Positions 47,699 through 60,224 of a stretch of 64,000 bases of DNA are shown in pieces (the first letter of the stretch is position 1; each line of letters opens with the position of its first letter). The notes beneath the pieces are model-generated. The model did no database searches. It worked only from the letters and a program-made list of their open reading frames with translations, and was not told the DNA's origin. A program made the position numbers and the translations under genes. Where the stretch lies: positions 1 through 64,000 of the forward strand of contig JAUCBJ010004912.1 in NCBI GenBank assembly GCA_032718475.1, given 5' to 3'. The DNA is from Nemertoderma westbladi. Taxonomy: Eukaryota > Animalia > Xenacoelomorpha.

Positions 47699-50600
47699 AT
47701 GGAGGCCACAGACATTCAGGCCCTCACTGTCGCCATTGCCACGATCCCCAAGGCAGACACCACTGCTTCCGTCAATGCCGCGATGGTGAAACTTCCCCGG
47801 TTCTGGCCAACACGGCTGGAGGTCTGGTTCCACCAGGTGGAGGCGCAATTCACACTCCACGCGATCACCATGGACTCTGCTAAATTTAACTATATAATCG
47901 TGGTGCTCGATAAGGAAACCACTGGCGAAATCGAGGCGATCATCCTCTCCCCACCTGCAACTGACTCTTACCAGGCCATCAAGGACGCCCTCATCCGAAC
48001 CTTTGGCCGCTCACAGGTGGCCAAGGATGCAGAGCTACTCGCTCTCGCCAGCCTCGGGGACAGGAAACCTACGGGCCTCCTCAACCACATCCGCAGCCTC
48101 AACGCCAATTCTGACACCATATTCTGCACCCTGTTCCTCGCACAGCTGCCATACGAGGTCTACCAGATCCTCGCTGGCTCTGGTAAGATGGACCTTGACG
48201 AGTTGGCAGCTGACGCCGACATTATAATGTAATCCCCTACCCCGGCTCAAAACATCGCCACGATACGGCGCAACGGCGCACCACGTTTCACTAGCCAGCA
48301 ACCGTCACTCTGCTACTTCCACCAGAAATTCGGCATGGACGCCAGGAACTGCAAGTGCGGCTACTGCTCAATGTCCCACCTCGTCCCGTCATTGGTGCAA
48401 ACAGATCTCTGGCGCACAGCCCCCACAGCATGTTCCGGTCGACCAGAAAACGGCCCGGCCAGCCACTAACTCCCGCGGTTGGCCACTCTGTGGAGGCACA
48501 GACACTATGTCCGTATAGGACACACGTTCCGACCGGATCTACCTCATCGACTGCGGGGCCCAACTATCAGTCATTCTGGCCTTAACACAGGATCATTGCC
48601 TCCCTCGCACACCACCTCATGTTGCCGCGAGTGGCACCACCATTGCGACCTGGGGCCGCCGGAAGTACTCAATCCTCCTCGCTGGTTATCAGTTCTACCT
48701 TGAGGCTCATGTGGCCGACATCACCCAACCAATCCTCGGCGCTGACTTCTTCCACCTCAACCGCCTGCTCGTCGACATGGCAGGCAGGCATTTAGTCAAC
48801 CCCAATGGGAAGACTATCCCCGCCTCCGACTTCTCGGGACTACCCTCTGTCACCACCATCTCCATCTTCGAGAAGGTGCTTGAGGAGTTCCCCGAATCCT
48901 CAAACCCTGTTTCGCCATCACAGATGACAATCTCCACAGGGTCAAGCACCACATCATCACTGATTGTCCTCCCCGCTTCGCCCACGCCCGGCGCCTCAAT
49001 GCGGAGAAACTGACAATCACCAAGGATGAGTTCTTGAAGATGGAAAAACTCGGTATAATCTGGAGGTCAAACTCCCCGTTGACGTCAGCTCACCACATCA
49101 CGCTGAAACCTGATGGCGGCTGGTGACCGTGCGGCAACTTCAGGCAGCATAATGACGCCACGCTGCCCGACATGTATCCACTCCCACTTATACATAACTT
49201 TAATGCCAACCTCACTGGAGCGAAAATCTTCACCAAGATTGACCTGGCGCAAAGTTATCACCAGGTTCTCATGATGTAGGAGGACATTCCCAAGACCACC
49301 CCTTTGGTCTCTGGAAGTTTCTCCGCATGCCATTCAGCCACCAGAATGGAGTCGCAGAATGGAATGGAATTGCAGAGGCTAATGGACTCCATCTTCCGCG
49401 ACCTCCCCTACCTCAAATCGACTGCCTCAACTATATCCTCATTGGTAGCCACTCATTGGATGAGCACTACGCCAGGTCTTCCTCATCTTGGTGGAGAATG
49501 GGCTCACGGTGCAGCTCCGGAAGTGCGTGGTCGGCGTCCCATCCCTTGCCTACCTCAGACAGACGCAGTCGACGCCGACGGGATCCCACTCCCCACCAAG
49601 GTTGAGGCTATCTCCGCTTTCCCCGTCCCAACAACAAAAATCACCATGCAGCGATTCCTGGGAATAGTGAATTATTTTCACCGTTTCCTCCCAGGGATCC
49701 TAGGCACCCTAGACCCCCTCCATGAGGCGATGAAAACTCAAGCACGTGATGTCACCTGGTCGCAGGACTGCCAGTCAGCCTTTGACACATTGAAGTCAGC
49801 TTTGGCCACCGCACCACCACAATGCTCCACCACCCACGCGATGATGCCACATCAAGCATCATAGCTGACGCCTCCGACATAGCCGCCAGTGGCGTACTCG
49901 AGCAGTGACAGAGCAACATCTGGCGCCCCATTGCCTTCTTCTCAAAGAAGTTTTCTCTCACTGAATGTTGCTACTCCGCCTTCGATAGAGAGTTGCTGGT
50001 GGTCTACCTCGCCATCAAAACGTTCCAACACCACGTCAAGGGCAGCATGTTCGGTATTTTTACTGATCATAAGCCATTGACTGGTGCCTTCTCCAGCTCC
50101 GTAGACTGCTCAACTCTCCTTCAGAGTTCTCAATAGACACCCACCACATCAGTAGGAAGGACAACGTCATTGCGAATGCGCTTTCCCATGCATTGATCTC
50201 CGCAGTACTATCCCCCACTCTCGACTTCTCCCAGCTCGCCATTGCCCTGGCCGCCGCCTCGGAGGAAATGGCCACTTACTGCAGGGCGATGAGTAGCCTT
50301 AAACTCGTCGACACAAAATTCAGCGACTTTACCATCCTCTGCGACATCTCTACCATCGTTGCCTGGCCCGTCGTACCATCCACCTTGACACAGAGGGTTT
50401 TCTACGCCCTCCATGGGCTCTCCCACCCCGCCACGAGGCCCTCCATCAAAGCAGTCTCTTCCCGTTTTATATGGCATGGCCTTAGGCGGGATATTATGCA
50501 CTTGTGCCGAGAGTGTCACCCCTGCCAAGCCTTCAAAATCATGCACCACACACGCACCCCGCTCACCAAGCGTGCATCGCCCACCACAAGGTTCTCCTGC

Positions 50601-51345
50601 CTCCATGTAGACATCGTGGGTCCCCTCCCACCCTCGGAGAACGTCATCTATCTTTTCGCCATCATAGATAGCTTCACCAGGTGGCCGGAGGCGATCCTGA
50701 TACAGAACTCGGAGACCGAGACGTGCGCACGCATGCTCCTACAGGGGTGGATTACCCGATTCAGCATCCCGACGGACATCACGTCCAACCATGGTCCCAC
50801 AGTTTACCTCCAAACTGTGGGTGGAATTCAACTCCCTCCCCGGGATCACGGCCAACATCACCAATGCCTACCACCCACAAGCAAACGGGATGGTCGAACG
50901 GCTTTACCACCAATTAAAGGCATCCCTCAAAACACGCCTCTCGACATCTCGTTGGATGGATGAGCTGCCACTAGTCGACGGCATCAGAACGGCGTGGTGG
51001 GAGGACCCTGGTACCACGCCCGCTGAACTCGTCTATGGCGTGCCATTGCACGCTCCTGGGGAGTTCATTCCCTCACTGCCTCGCTTGTCAACCCCCTCAT
51101 CGAATCTCCAGGACCAGGACGATATGCGCAACTTGAAACCACCTGCCACCGAGTTCCATGGCACACCCATCGACCGCGTCCTACCAAACCTACAAGGCAC
51201 CGAGTTTGTTTACGTGCGGCGCGACGGCCACAGAACTCTGTTACAATAACCCTATTCCGGGGCGTTCCCCGTACTTAAACCCAGACCCAAAAGTTTTGAA
51301 ATACAGGTCGGGCGACGATGAAACACGGTCTCGGTCGACCGCCTT
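47699..51345 (+). pseudogene. Gypsy gag-pol pseudogene (gag, PR, RT, RNase H, IN)
   Basis: gag VKLPRFWP..WFHQVEAQF; PR PILGADFF; RT/connection MQRFLGIVNYFHRF; IN HGLSHP..CRECHPCQ, HVDIVGPLP, YHPQANGMVER. Multiple stops and frameshifts. Confidence 0.9.
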
Positions 51346-52145
51346 AAAATCGCCCACAGCGTCGCGTAAACCAATACGCAATACCGCACAAACCACAGCC
51401 CGCCCCACAACCGGCAGTCATTCAACAAACCCCAGCCACATCTCGCTCAGGACGAAACCTCCATCAGCCGAACCGATTCGCCCCATAAACTCGGGATGTC
51501 CGTGTGCTGGGGGGGGGGGGCATGTAGCGTTCCCTCGACCAGGGATTTGCACCCTCACCAGGAGGACCTAAGTTGGACATGGGACTCATGTTATTATACT
51601 TACTGCCCTACAGTACTGCAACTGATCAGCTGACGTACGGCATAACGGTGCTGCATGATATGAATATATAATTGGTTATAATAATATAAGCTTTATATCA
51701 CATTTCTGCATTTTTGATGGGATTGTCATCCCTTCAGTAGTAAACCACAATTACGAATAAGAATGGTGCAAGAGTGTCACCCTGGAGGACTCCCCCATTA
51801 TATGTGTGTAAAGTGGCACTTAATAGGGACATTTTAATATGAATGATCGTAGTGAGTGGGTGCAAAATAAAATAAGGAGGATCGCAACACTGTAAAGTAC
51901 TTTGCAATTAGCATTGACGTAACTTCTATGAATATAGTAATCTTACAAAACTACTGCTATAGAAAAACAGCACACGAATACGTGTTTTACTGCACAAGAA
52001 ATACATGAAATATGTGTTTTTTTCTCTTGCTGTAGGTCTTCTTTAATCTGTTATATTTTCTTAGAAATTTGTACAAATGTAAAGTTTAACAGTTTTAGCT
52101 AAATTATTTCCCGTCCTAATTTAGCCTATTAATAACTTATTTTAG

Positions 52146-52258
52146 TACCGAAAGGTTGCTACGACAGGGGAACAAAGTGTGCGCGCTATGCCAAGAAGCG
52201 GGGCTGCACAAGTGGATACATGAAAAGCCACTGCAAGAAAACTTGCAAATTATGTTGA
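52146..52258 (+). CDS. Exon 8 (last coding exon): ShKT domain 2 and stop
   Basis: TTTTAG| phase 1. CYDRGTKCARYAKKRGCTSGYMKSHCKKTCKLC-TGA is a canonical ShKT pattern. Confidence 0.85.
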
Positions 52259-55200
52259 AAAGAAGAAACAGTCTACTGTATGTTTTGTAATGAGGTGGTT
52301 GGTGGTTGTGGTGTTGATTTATGTATATTGATGTGCTTTAAGATATTATTACATTACTGTCTACTGTAGTATATCAACTGATAGAACTATACCATGCCTA
52401 CTGTACTGTATCTTCTGTGTTGAAATGATGGTTGGGGATGTTGATTTCTTATACATGTTAGCCTATACCCTAGGGGGTGTATACTGTATATTGATGTGTT
52501 TTACGATTATCTTACATATATACAGTAGTAGTACTGTCTGTACTGTAGTAGATCGACATATACTGTAGGACCATTCCATCTGCCTACTCTATGTTTTGTA
52601 TTGAGATGATGGTTGAGGGTATTGATTTCTTATTATGTCAGCTTATATTGATGTGCTTTAAGATGATGTTGTACAGTATTCCCTACAGTGTATTCACTGT
52701 TTTCATTTTACAGTGGGTCATTGTTCCATTACAAGTCCCAAAACATTTACTGTATAATAATGGTCGTAATAAGTCGCTTCATTTACTGATTGTCAGGATT
52801 CGTAATATTCCATAATTGTAATTATAAATTATTGTGGATAGCGTAATTTAATGTAAGGCCTAATTCCTACCAGTCGGGCAACGGATCTAACTCGAAAACC
52901 ATGTCCTGGAATATAATTATTCGGAATTCATGTACGCAATCCCCCACCCCCCCCCCCCCCCCCCCCATCATATTTTTTTACATCACAATTCAGAAAAAAA
53001 ATAAAATGTACATGCAATGGACGCATAGATATAGCGATGTCGTGAGGTTCAGTGGCCTTATCATATTGAACGAGTTTCTTGCGAGTTTATAATGTTGTAC
53101 ACCATGTCACCGTCGTATTTATTGTAAAATCATGCATAGATAGTGGCAGATAGTGGTGCTCTTTGACCGCAATTGAAATAAGTTTTCTCCATATTGGTCG
53201 CATATGAAATAAAGCCTTTTATTGTTTTGGTTAAACAATTACAATTACTGTAACCTACTCCTTTCCCGTAATGATTAATTCACGAAGCTAAGGAAAATCA
53301 ACTACTTTCGCTAAGAAAGATTTTCCTTAGCTCAGATGGTGTATTCATACAGTACATGGCTATTTTACTTGTGTGAGGCGCAGATTTGTTTTTTTTTACT
53401 ACAGCCAAAACTAACCTTTAAAAGTGCCCTGAAATTTTGCATCTACATATATATACTACTCGCCAAGGCCCATCTTGGGGCTGGGTCTCAATTTGGAAAA
53501 AATCTGGTCTCCATGAAAATGTCTATGTATTTCAAGTCAATATTTTTAACTCTATTTGTAGCAAAACCATAATACTGTAGATATACTGTACACTTGGGGT
53601 TTCTCAACCTAAGTATAATGGGCATAGCAGAGCCGATTGAGGTTAACTAGAAAATGCAGTTACCTTGGACACCAGGCTCAACAAATGTTCAAATTTATAA
53701 AATGATAATTTGAAGCCCAAGTTAAAGGCTTTTTTTATGACTTGGAACCAGTCCCGACCTCTTCTATATCACTGATTCGGCATCCGAATTACATTGTTCT
53801 ATTTTTCAGTATCCATGGCAACATCAGCAAGCATATGTTTTGACACAAAAATAGTTCATTTTGAACCAATAGATAACATTCTCCAAAACTGGGTATGTGT
53901 TATCTGGACTCCCATTTGGTATTTTTTTTTAAACTCAAAACATTCCAGAAGTATCTAGTTACAGTACCATGGTAACTGGAGTTTATTAAAGTCTATATCA
54001 TTCAAGTCTATATCATTAACTCTATTTCTAAAACAACCTTAATAGATCAAAACATGGGGTTTTCAACACAATGGTAAGAACCCCTACCTCCACTATATCA
54101 CTTATTTTGCATCCAATTAACGTTGTTATACAGTATTTATCAGTTTCCATGACAACCACTGCAAGCAGATCTGTTAAAAAATAAATCCTTAATTTTGGAC
54201 ATCAATTAAACTTCCTTGAAATCGATTTGTGTCACCTTGAACCACAAACTGGATCTTAATGTAAAACCGAGTAGTTCTAGAAAACTCCAGTTACCATGGT
54301 AATGGAGGTTTAATTAAGACATATGATTTTTAACTACAGTAGGTAAACCATTGATCTGATGAGTCAAAAATGCCTTTCTACAGTAGTATTCAATTAAATT
54401 TTAAGTAAAGAATCTTTTAGGCTTCTTAAGCCAAGGAATGCCTGTTCACCACCATGGGTGATCTTCCACAGTAAACCCTTCCACTCTGTTTCCCAAGTTG
54501 CCTTGGTTCCCGTTTATCCACCAGTTAAGGATGAAAGTCAGGGTTGGGCTAGGCTGCAGCATTTAAAGCACTACGCAATTGGAAGCCCAGGAATGTCACC
54601 ACTAGATCAATCTGCTGCTTACTTAATTTTAAGTATTTAAACCCACTAAAGATATAATTATTTAGTTATTTGCTGACATTTTGCACTGTTACTGTAACTC
54701 CTATTTGGCCCTTGCGGCCAGGGTTATGTTAGAAGATCCCGATGGATTTCGGAATCCCTATCCAACAATTCAGTGTGCTCTTTTTGTGTAAATGCCGACC
54801 TCTCCATCTCCCTCAAGTCTCGACCAGGGGGTCCCTGCTGTCGGAATGAATTTCAGTTGAGGGTTTGGATTGAAACTAGAGGAGTTAGATGGAAAATAAT
54901 GAATCTTGTTGTTGCGAAATATATTAAATATACTAATAATAGAACCAATAAAGAGATACTAATAACATTTACTAATATGCGAAATATACTAGATTGTGAC
55001 AACAGTCGGAAACAGGCGAAAACAGTTGGAATGTAGGGATAACATCCCATATTTTTTCAGTATTTATTCTTCGTTATCGAAATAAAATTATTTATTAGTG
55101 CTTATATTATCCACATTTCATTGTCATCGGCCTGATTGCAATTTGTTAATATCTGAGAAAAAATTACATGCGAGCGCGGTAATAAATAAATTCAATTTTC

Positions 55201-55264
55201 AGCAAAAATGTCCCTTTGAGTGTCCCAATCACAGTACAGTACTGTGATACTACAGTATATTATA

Positions 55265-56205
55265 CACCATGTCCTGGAATACAGTATAGTGTCGTTATTC
55301 AGGTACATCCCCCCAGCCCCCCCTCCCCCAGATTTTTTTACAAATCGTAATGAGATTGCATGAAATTTGAAACAGAGATAGTTTCATCTCCCTCCTCCTT
55401 CCTGGGTGAGCCAGAATTTTTGTTTTTGCTTTCATTCTTTAGCTACAAGCGTTTGAAAAAATTGTCTCCTGCGATATTTCACCTGTTACACCGCAGTTAT
55501 TCTTCAATCTTATAGTGATTTATAGGTAGAGTTAGAAAGCTGGCTATGCAATGATTCCAAATACGTATCGCAATCTGAATTTCGTCGTAAAATAGCTGAG
55601 ATATTAGCGTTCAAATGTTGCATGGTTTTACGCGCGCGCAAGGCTATTTAAGGATATTTTATTCTATTTAATAAATACACCCTATTCTAGAACATTTTGT
55701 TTATTCCATACGTAGCTGGGCAACAATGCAATAACTCTATAATCATACTATTTAGCGTAGCTATTCATACATAAACTAAGTGTTCTAGAATATAGTTTAT
55801 TTGTTAAATAGAATAAAATAACCTCGCGCACGCGCAAAACCATGCAACATTCGAAGCTCATATCACAGCTACTGTACTTTACGACGAAATTCAGATTGCG
55901 ATACATATTTGGAATCGTTGCATGGCCAGCTTCCTAACTCTACCCATAAATCACTATAAGGTTGAAGAATGATTGCACTGTGACCTGTGAAATATCGCCG
56001 GAGACACCTTCTCAAACGCTTGTAGCTAAAGAATGAAAGCAAAAATATAAATTCTGGCTCACCCACGGAGGAGGAGGGAGATGAAACTATCTCTGTTTCA
56101 TATTTCATGCAATCTCATTACGATTTGTAGAACAATTGGGGGGGGGGGGGGGGGGGGGGGCATGTACCTGAATAACGACACTACTGTATATTCCAGGACA
56201 TGGTG
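55265..56205. mobile_element. Complete ~940-bp palindromic MITE (Tc1/mariner-like)
   Basis: TIRs caccatgtcctggaata.../...tattccaggacatggtg, TA on the left, inverted symmetry over almost the whole length. Fragments at ~52899 and ~59020..59189. Confidence 0.8.
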
Positions 56206-56254
56206 AACTGTATTAGCCAGGATTCACAAATTACATAACATCACAGAAATGGTT

Positions 56255-56690
56255 TTCGCTTTCAGACATTTCGCCCTCTAGCGGCGGATGAATCACATTC
56301 CTCAAAAATAATTAAATAGATTAAGATCAAGGAAATGGTGAAGGTATCACTTTCATACATTCCGCCCTCTAGCCGCAAACTGGATAACTGCAGACCGATT
56401 ACCGACCCCGCCAAGACATAGGATGTATTTTAGATCAAACTGTATCTGACAAGTTTTAGCTTGAACGGATCACAAATAACGGAATGGGTGAACGATTTCA
56501 CTTTTAGACATTCCGCCCTCTAGCGGAAGACTGGTGAACTGCAATCGAATTAGCCTCTTTTGAAGGAAACTGCTAATGGTCTAGTATAAATATAGCAAGT
56601 TTCAGCTTGAACATAATAAAAGCAAGGAAATGAAAGGACATTTAATGTTTAGTCATGTAGCCTTCTAGCGGCAGACTATTGAAGTGAAGG
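56255..56690. repeat. Degenerate ~150-bp tandem units with cgccctctagcgg motif
   Basis: Motif near 56272, 56363, 56514 and 56660; related to 32890..33235. Confidence 0.6.
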
Positions 56691-57618
56691 TGACTGAAAG
56701 TCTCTACAAAATCTCAACCGTTGGTCTTATTTGATGCCTGCAAATTTTCAACAGCTTTAACCCGACAAAGTTATTATCATGTCAAAATCGCAACGGCAAC
56801 AACGCGACAACAAAAGGACAAGCAACTATTGACCCACCCTCTAACTAACAGTATCAGCTCGATAAGGCTATTCCAACTTTGTGACTCGCCCCACTAAATT
56901 TAGTGGGCAGCTGCAGTATATCAGGACGTATTATCGACTATACAGTATGTCATGCCACACCGGGCACCAATCAACAATATCGTTTACAATCATTTTTATA
57001 TATTACGGAAAAATAATTTTCCTAAATACAGTAATAATAAATATACATCAAAATAATAATTTCAGATTATATATATTTTCATGCGCCATATAGTCAACAT
57101 ATTGATATTTCACAAACATTTTAAAGTAAACATAAATATACTGTAGTAGGGCAAATCTGGAGATTTTGGCAGTTGAATTTCCACAATCTGTTGAATGAGT
57201 ATGCCGAAGATGAGGAATCGTCGGGAAACTGATAATTTAAATTCTTATGGAATAAAATTACGTATTTCCCTTATATGACTGACTCCCTGATGCATAATTG
57301 AGATTTTTTCGCTGGCCGATGCTCGGAAAATTATACATCTTGGTATCGGAGGGAAATAAAGTGCTATTTATTTGCATATATTAACGGTTAACTTGTTATT
57401 AAACCATTTGTTTTACAAGCGATGAAAATAATGTAAATAATATTCCGGTACACAGAGCCTACCTTACTGTACCTTATTAGTATTTGTATTGTATCTACAT
57501 TATTTGAACACAAAATTTTAGGAAATAATTGCTTGCCACTTGAGTACCGCACTAATAAAAATTAAACGTTTAAACAGACAATTTGTGTTGTCATGACAAT
57601 GGTCTCTCTCTAATCCTC

Positions 57619-57995
57619 TTACATGATAAGTTCTTCGTTACCATCTTCGTCTGATTGGTTGTAGTCAAGGAGACAACCTTTCTCAGCGGTTGTATCTCTT
57701 TGATCCACATTTATTGTAGATATCCTTGTATACGGAGGCCGCCTATTGGCTGATCTATACGCCTTGTACAGTATTCCTGCTGCTGTTGCTATGATTACGA
57801 CCAATAGCAGCACACCAACTACCATTATTATAGGAGACATAGGTTTACCGGCGGTTGGGGGTTCATTAACTGGGGGTCGGATTATTAACTCAATCGGTGT
57901 GTCAACAACATCAACAATCTCCAATGGTACGGGAGAGGGTTCAACCATGGTAGGCTTCCACGGAATAGTTGCGGGTGGCTTTATTGTATCACCTT
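57619..57995 (-). CDS. Last coding exon of a convergent single-pass membrane protein gene
   Basis: Minus-strand TACAG| acceptor (phase 1). Pro-rich stalk, hydrophobic IIMVVGVLLLVVIIATAAGILY, basic stop-transfer KAYR, short acidic tail, TAA. Confidence 0.7.
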
Positions 57996-59231
57996 CTGTA
58001 ATAATGAAACTATTAATTCTTAATAATGTCAATAAACTATCGTTTTAAACCCAAGTTAAAACTTACGTTAAGTTAAGTTAAAACTTACGTTAAGTTATAT
58101 AGTTATTTAAACATTAATAATTAGTTTCGGGGATCTCAAAGATTAAAACTTAAAAGGAAATTTATCAAAATTAGTATTGGAAACATGTATTAATCGTGAT
58201 TATTACACTGGAAACTTTACGGTTAACCTTTTATCTGCCAATGTTCCCATATGAGGAACATGTACTTGTTGCTAAAAAATAAGTACTATAATATATAATA
58301 TTCTTCTTAACTTGCAATATGGGACAACATAATAAATATGTTTTGTCAGATTAACTGAAAATTTACCAATGATTGACAAAATTTTCGGAACAGTGGACCT
58401 CTCTCTACTTTCATGCAAAAATATGAATTTTGAACGGGATAATTTATTTGCATGAAATATACAAATAACATAGAGTTATTGTTGTAGAAAGTCCTCAAAT
58501 GTTGAATCAAGTAATTTATTTGTTGTTTAAAACAATATATATGGATGTGCAATGATTTTATGAGATACTGTACACATCTTTTTACCTCATATGTTCTCTT
58601 GTTCCCATATGGGAACATTGGCCAAATGAGAGACCTAAGTAGGCCCATTGCTGCATAATGAGTACAGCACGTATTTCTAACCCTATAATTCTACAAGTAG
58701 TATCATATCCTAAAAGACACTTTAATACTACATTTTTATCGAAACTTTTTTTTCCACATCCTGGGGTTGAGTTGCGTCGATTGATATAACTTTCATTGAG
58801 GGACGAACTATTATAGCTTCGGTCCTTTGGAGGAGTTGACATGATATTCTTACATAGATACATACATATACTTTTACAGTAAGAAGTCCTAAAGGTCTTA
58901 TAACTATTTCATTTCTTATAACTACTTAATATCTACAAATAATAATGAAAAAAATAGGTGAGATTGAGTAGGATTCATACTGACTGCCCTTAGATTCTAC
59001 AACCCAATATCTTTCTTTCACTTTTTCAAACGCTTGTAGCTAAAGATTAAAGCTAAAAGAGAAATTCTGGCTCACTCACTAGTGAAACTATCCTTGTTTT
59101 AAATTTCATGCAATCTCATTAAGATTTGTACAAAATTAGGGAGGGGGGATTCGTGTATATGAATTACTACACTATATTCCGGGGCATGGTAATTTATTCT
59201 GATTCAGGGGCACCCGCTTATCATGCCTTAG

Positions 59232-59640
59232 GCCCCCCTCACACGGAGCAACTTGTTGCTGGACCCCCTCACACGGAGCAGCTTGTTTCTGCAACTTGTT
59301 GCTGGACCCCCTCACACGGAGCAACTTGTTTCTGAAACTTGTTGCTGGACCCCCTCACACGGAGCAACTTGTTGCTGGACCCCCTCACACGGAGCAGCTT
59401 GTTGCTGGACCCCCTCACACGGATCAACTTTTTCTGCAACTTGTTGCTGGACCCCCTCACACGGAGCAGCTTGTTGCTGGACCCCCTCACACGGAGCAAC
59501 TTGTTTCTGCAACTTGTTGCTGGACCCCCTCACACGGATCAACTTGTTTCTGCAACTTGTTGCTGGACCCCCTCACACGGAGCAACTTGTTTCTGAAACT
59601 TGTCGCTGGACCCCCCTCACACGGAGCAACTTGTTTCTGC
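59232..59640. repeat. Minisatellite of 30-bp units with optional 13-bp inserts
   Basis: acttgttgctggaccccctcacacggagca with or without acttgtttctgca; about 11 units. Confidence 0.9.
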
Positions 59641-59841
59641 AAGAGGCCTGAGGGGGCCTTAGTTTAACCTTAATAACTCTAATCTGAATTTCGGGCAATA
59701 ATTTGCTGCTTGCGCCTGTAACCGTATACCCCAGGAACCCGCTTGTGATAAAAACAAATGAATATTATGATAATTAATTATCTCTACTGTATGTTATTCG
59801 AATAATTAGTTCGAACGTTACAAATTACATCGATCGATTGT

Positions 59842-60224
59842 TCATGGAGATCCTGATTGAATCTGGGGTACCCATCCCGACCGAGGAAACCTGCTCCACT
59901 GCCCGGTGGGTTCACTTGCTGGCATCGCCGTCTTCATATCGTCGCTTATCGGTTCCCTGTCTACGACGCTTCGACTCCTATCTGCCCTTGAGCCCGTTGC
60001 TTCGTTACCAGATGACCTCACTGAGCCCGCCACTCCCCGTTTCATCGCTGTTTGTTTCTTCTGCTGTCGCCCCCTTTGTGTCGTCGACTTTCCCACAGGT
60101 TTCCTTCCTCCAGTTGTCGTCCTCTTTGGAGGAGCTTTTCTCTTCTTCCCTGAGTCACCTCCCCTGGTTGGATATCTCGAACGAGCTTCTTTTCCCTCAT
60201 TTTTACTTCTTTGTTTTGATTTAG
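59842..60224 (-). CDS. Possible upstream exon (Lys/Arg-rich, low complexity) of the minus-strand gene
   Basis: TTTCAG| acceptor with open phase-1 frame KSKQRSKNEGKEARSR... in a GC-richer island. Possible phase-1 donor G|GTAACG near 60009; otherwise stop at 59842. Confidence 0.35.

Larger units (their letters stand above)
47465..51736 (+). mobile_element. Decayed full-structure Gypsy/Ty3 LTR retrotransposon
   Basis: LTRs 47465..47673 and 51523..51736 (TG...CA). TSD GTAG. PBS TGGTGACCCGGACGAG resembles the tRNA-Trp 3' complement. G-run PPT at ~51509-51520. Confidence 0.93.

Noticed and set aside
54440-54620. Possible tRNA-derived SINE on the minus strand (A-box-like TGATCTAGTGG)
   Set aside because: No convincing B box, cloverleaf or tail.
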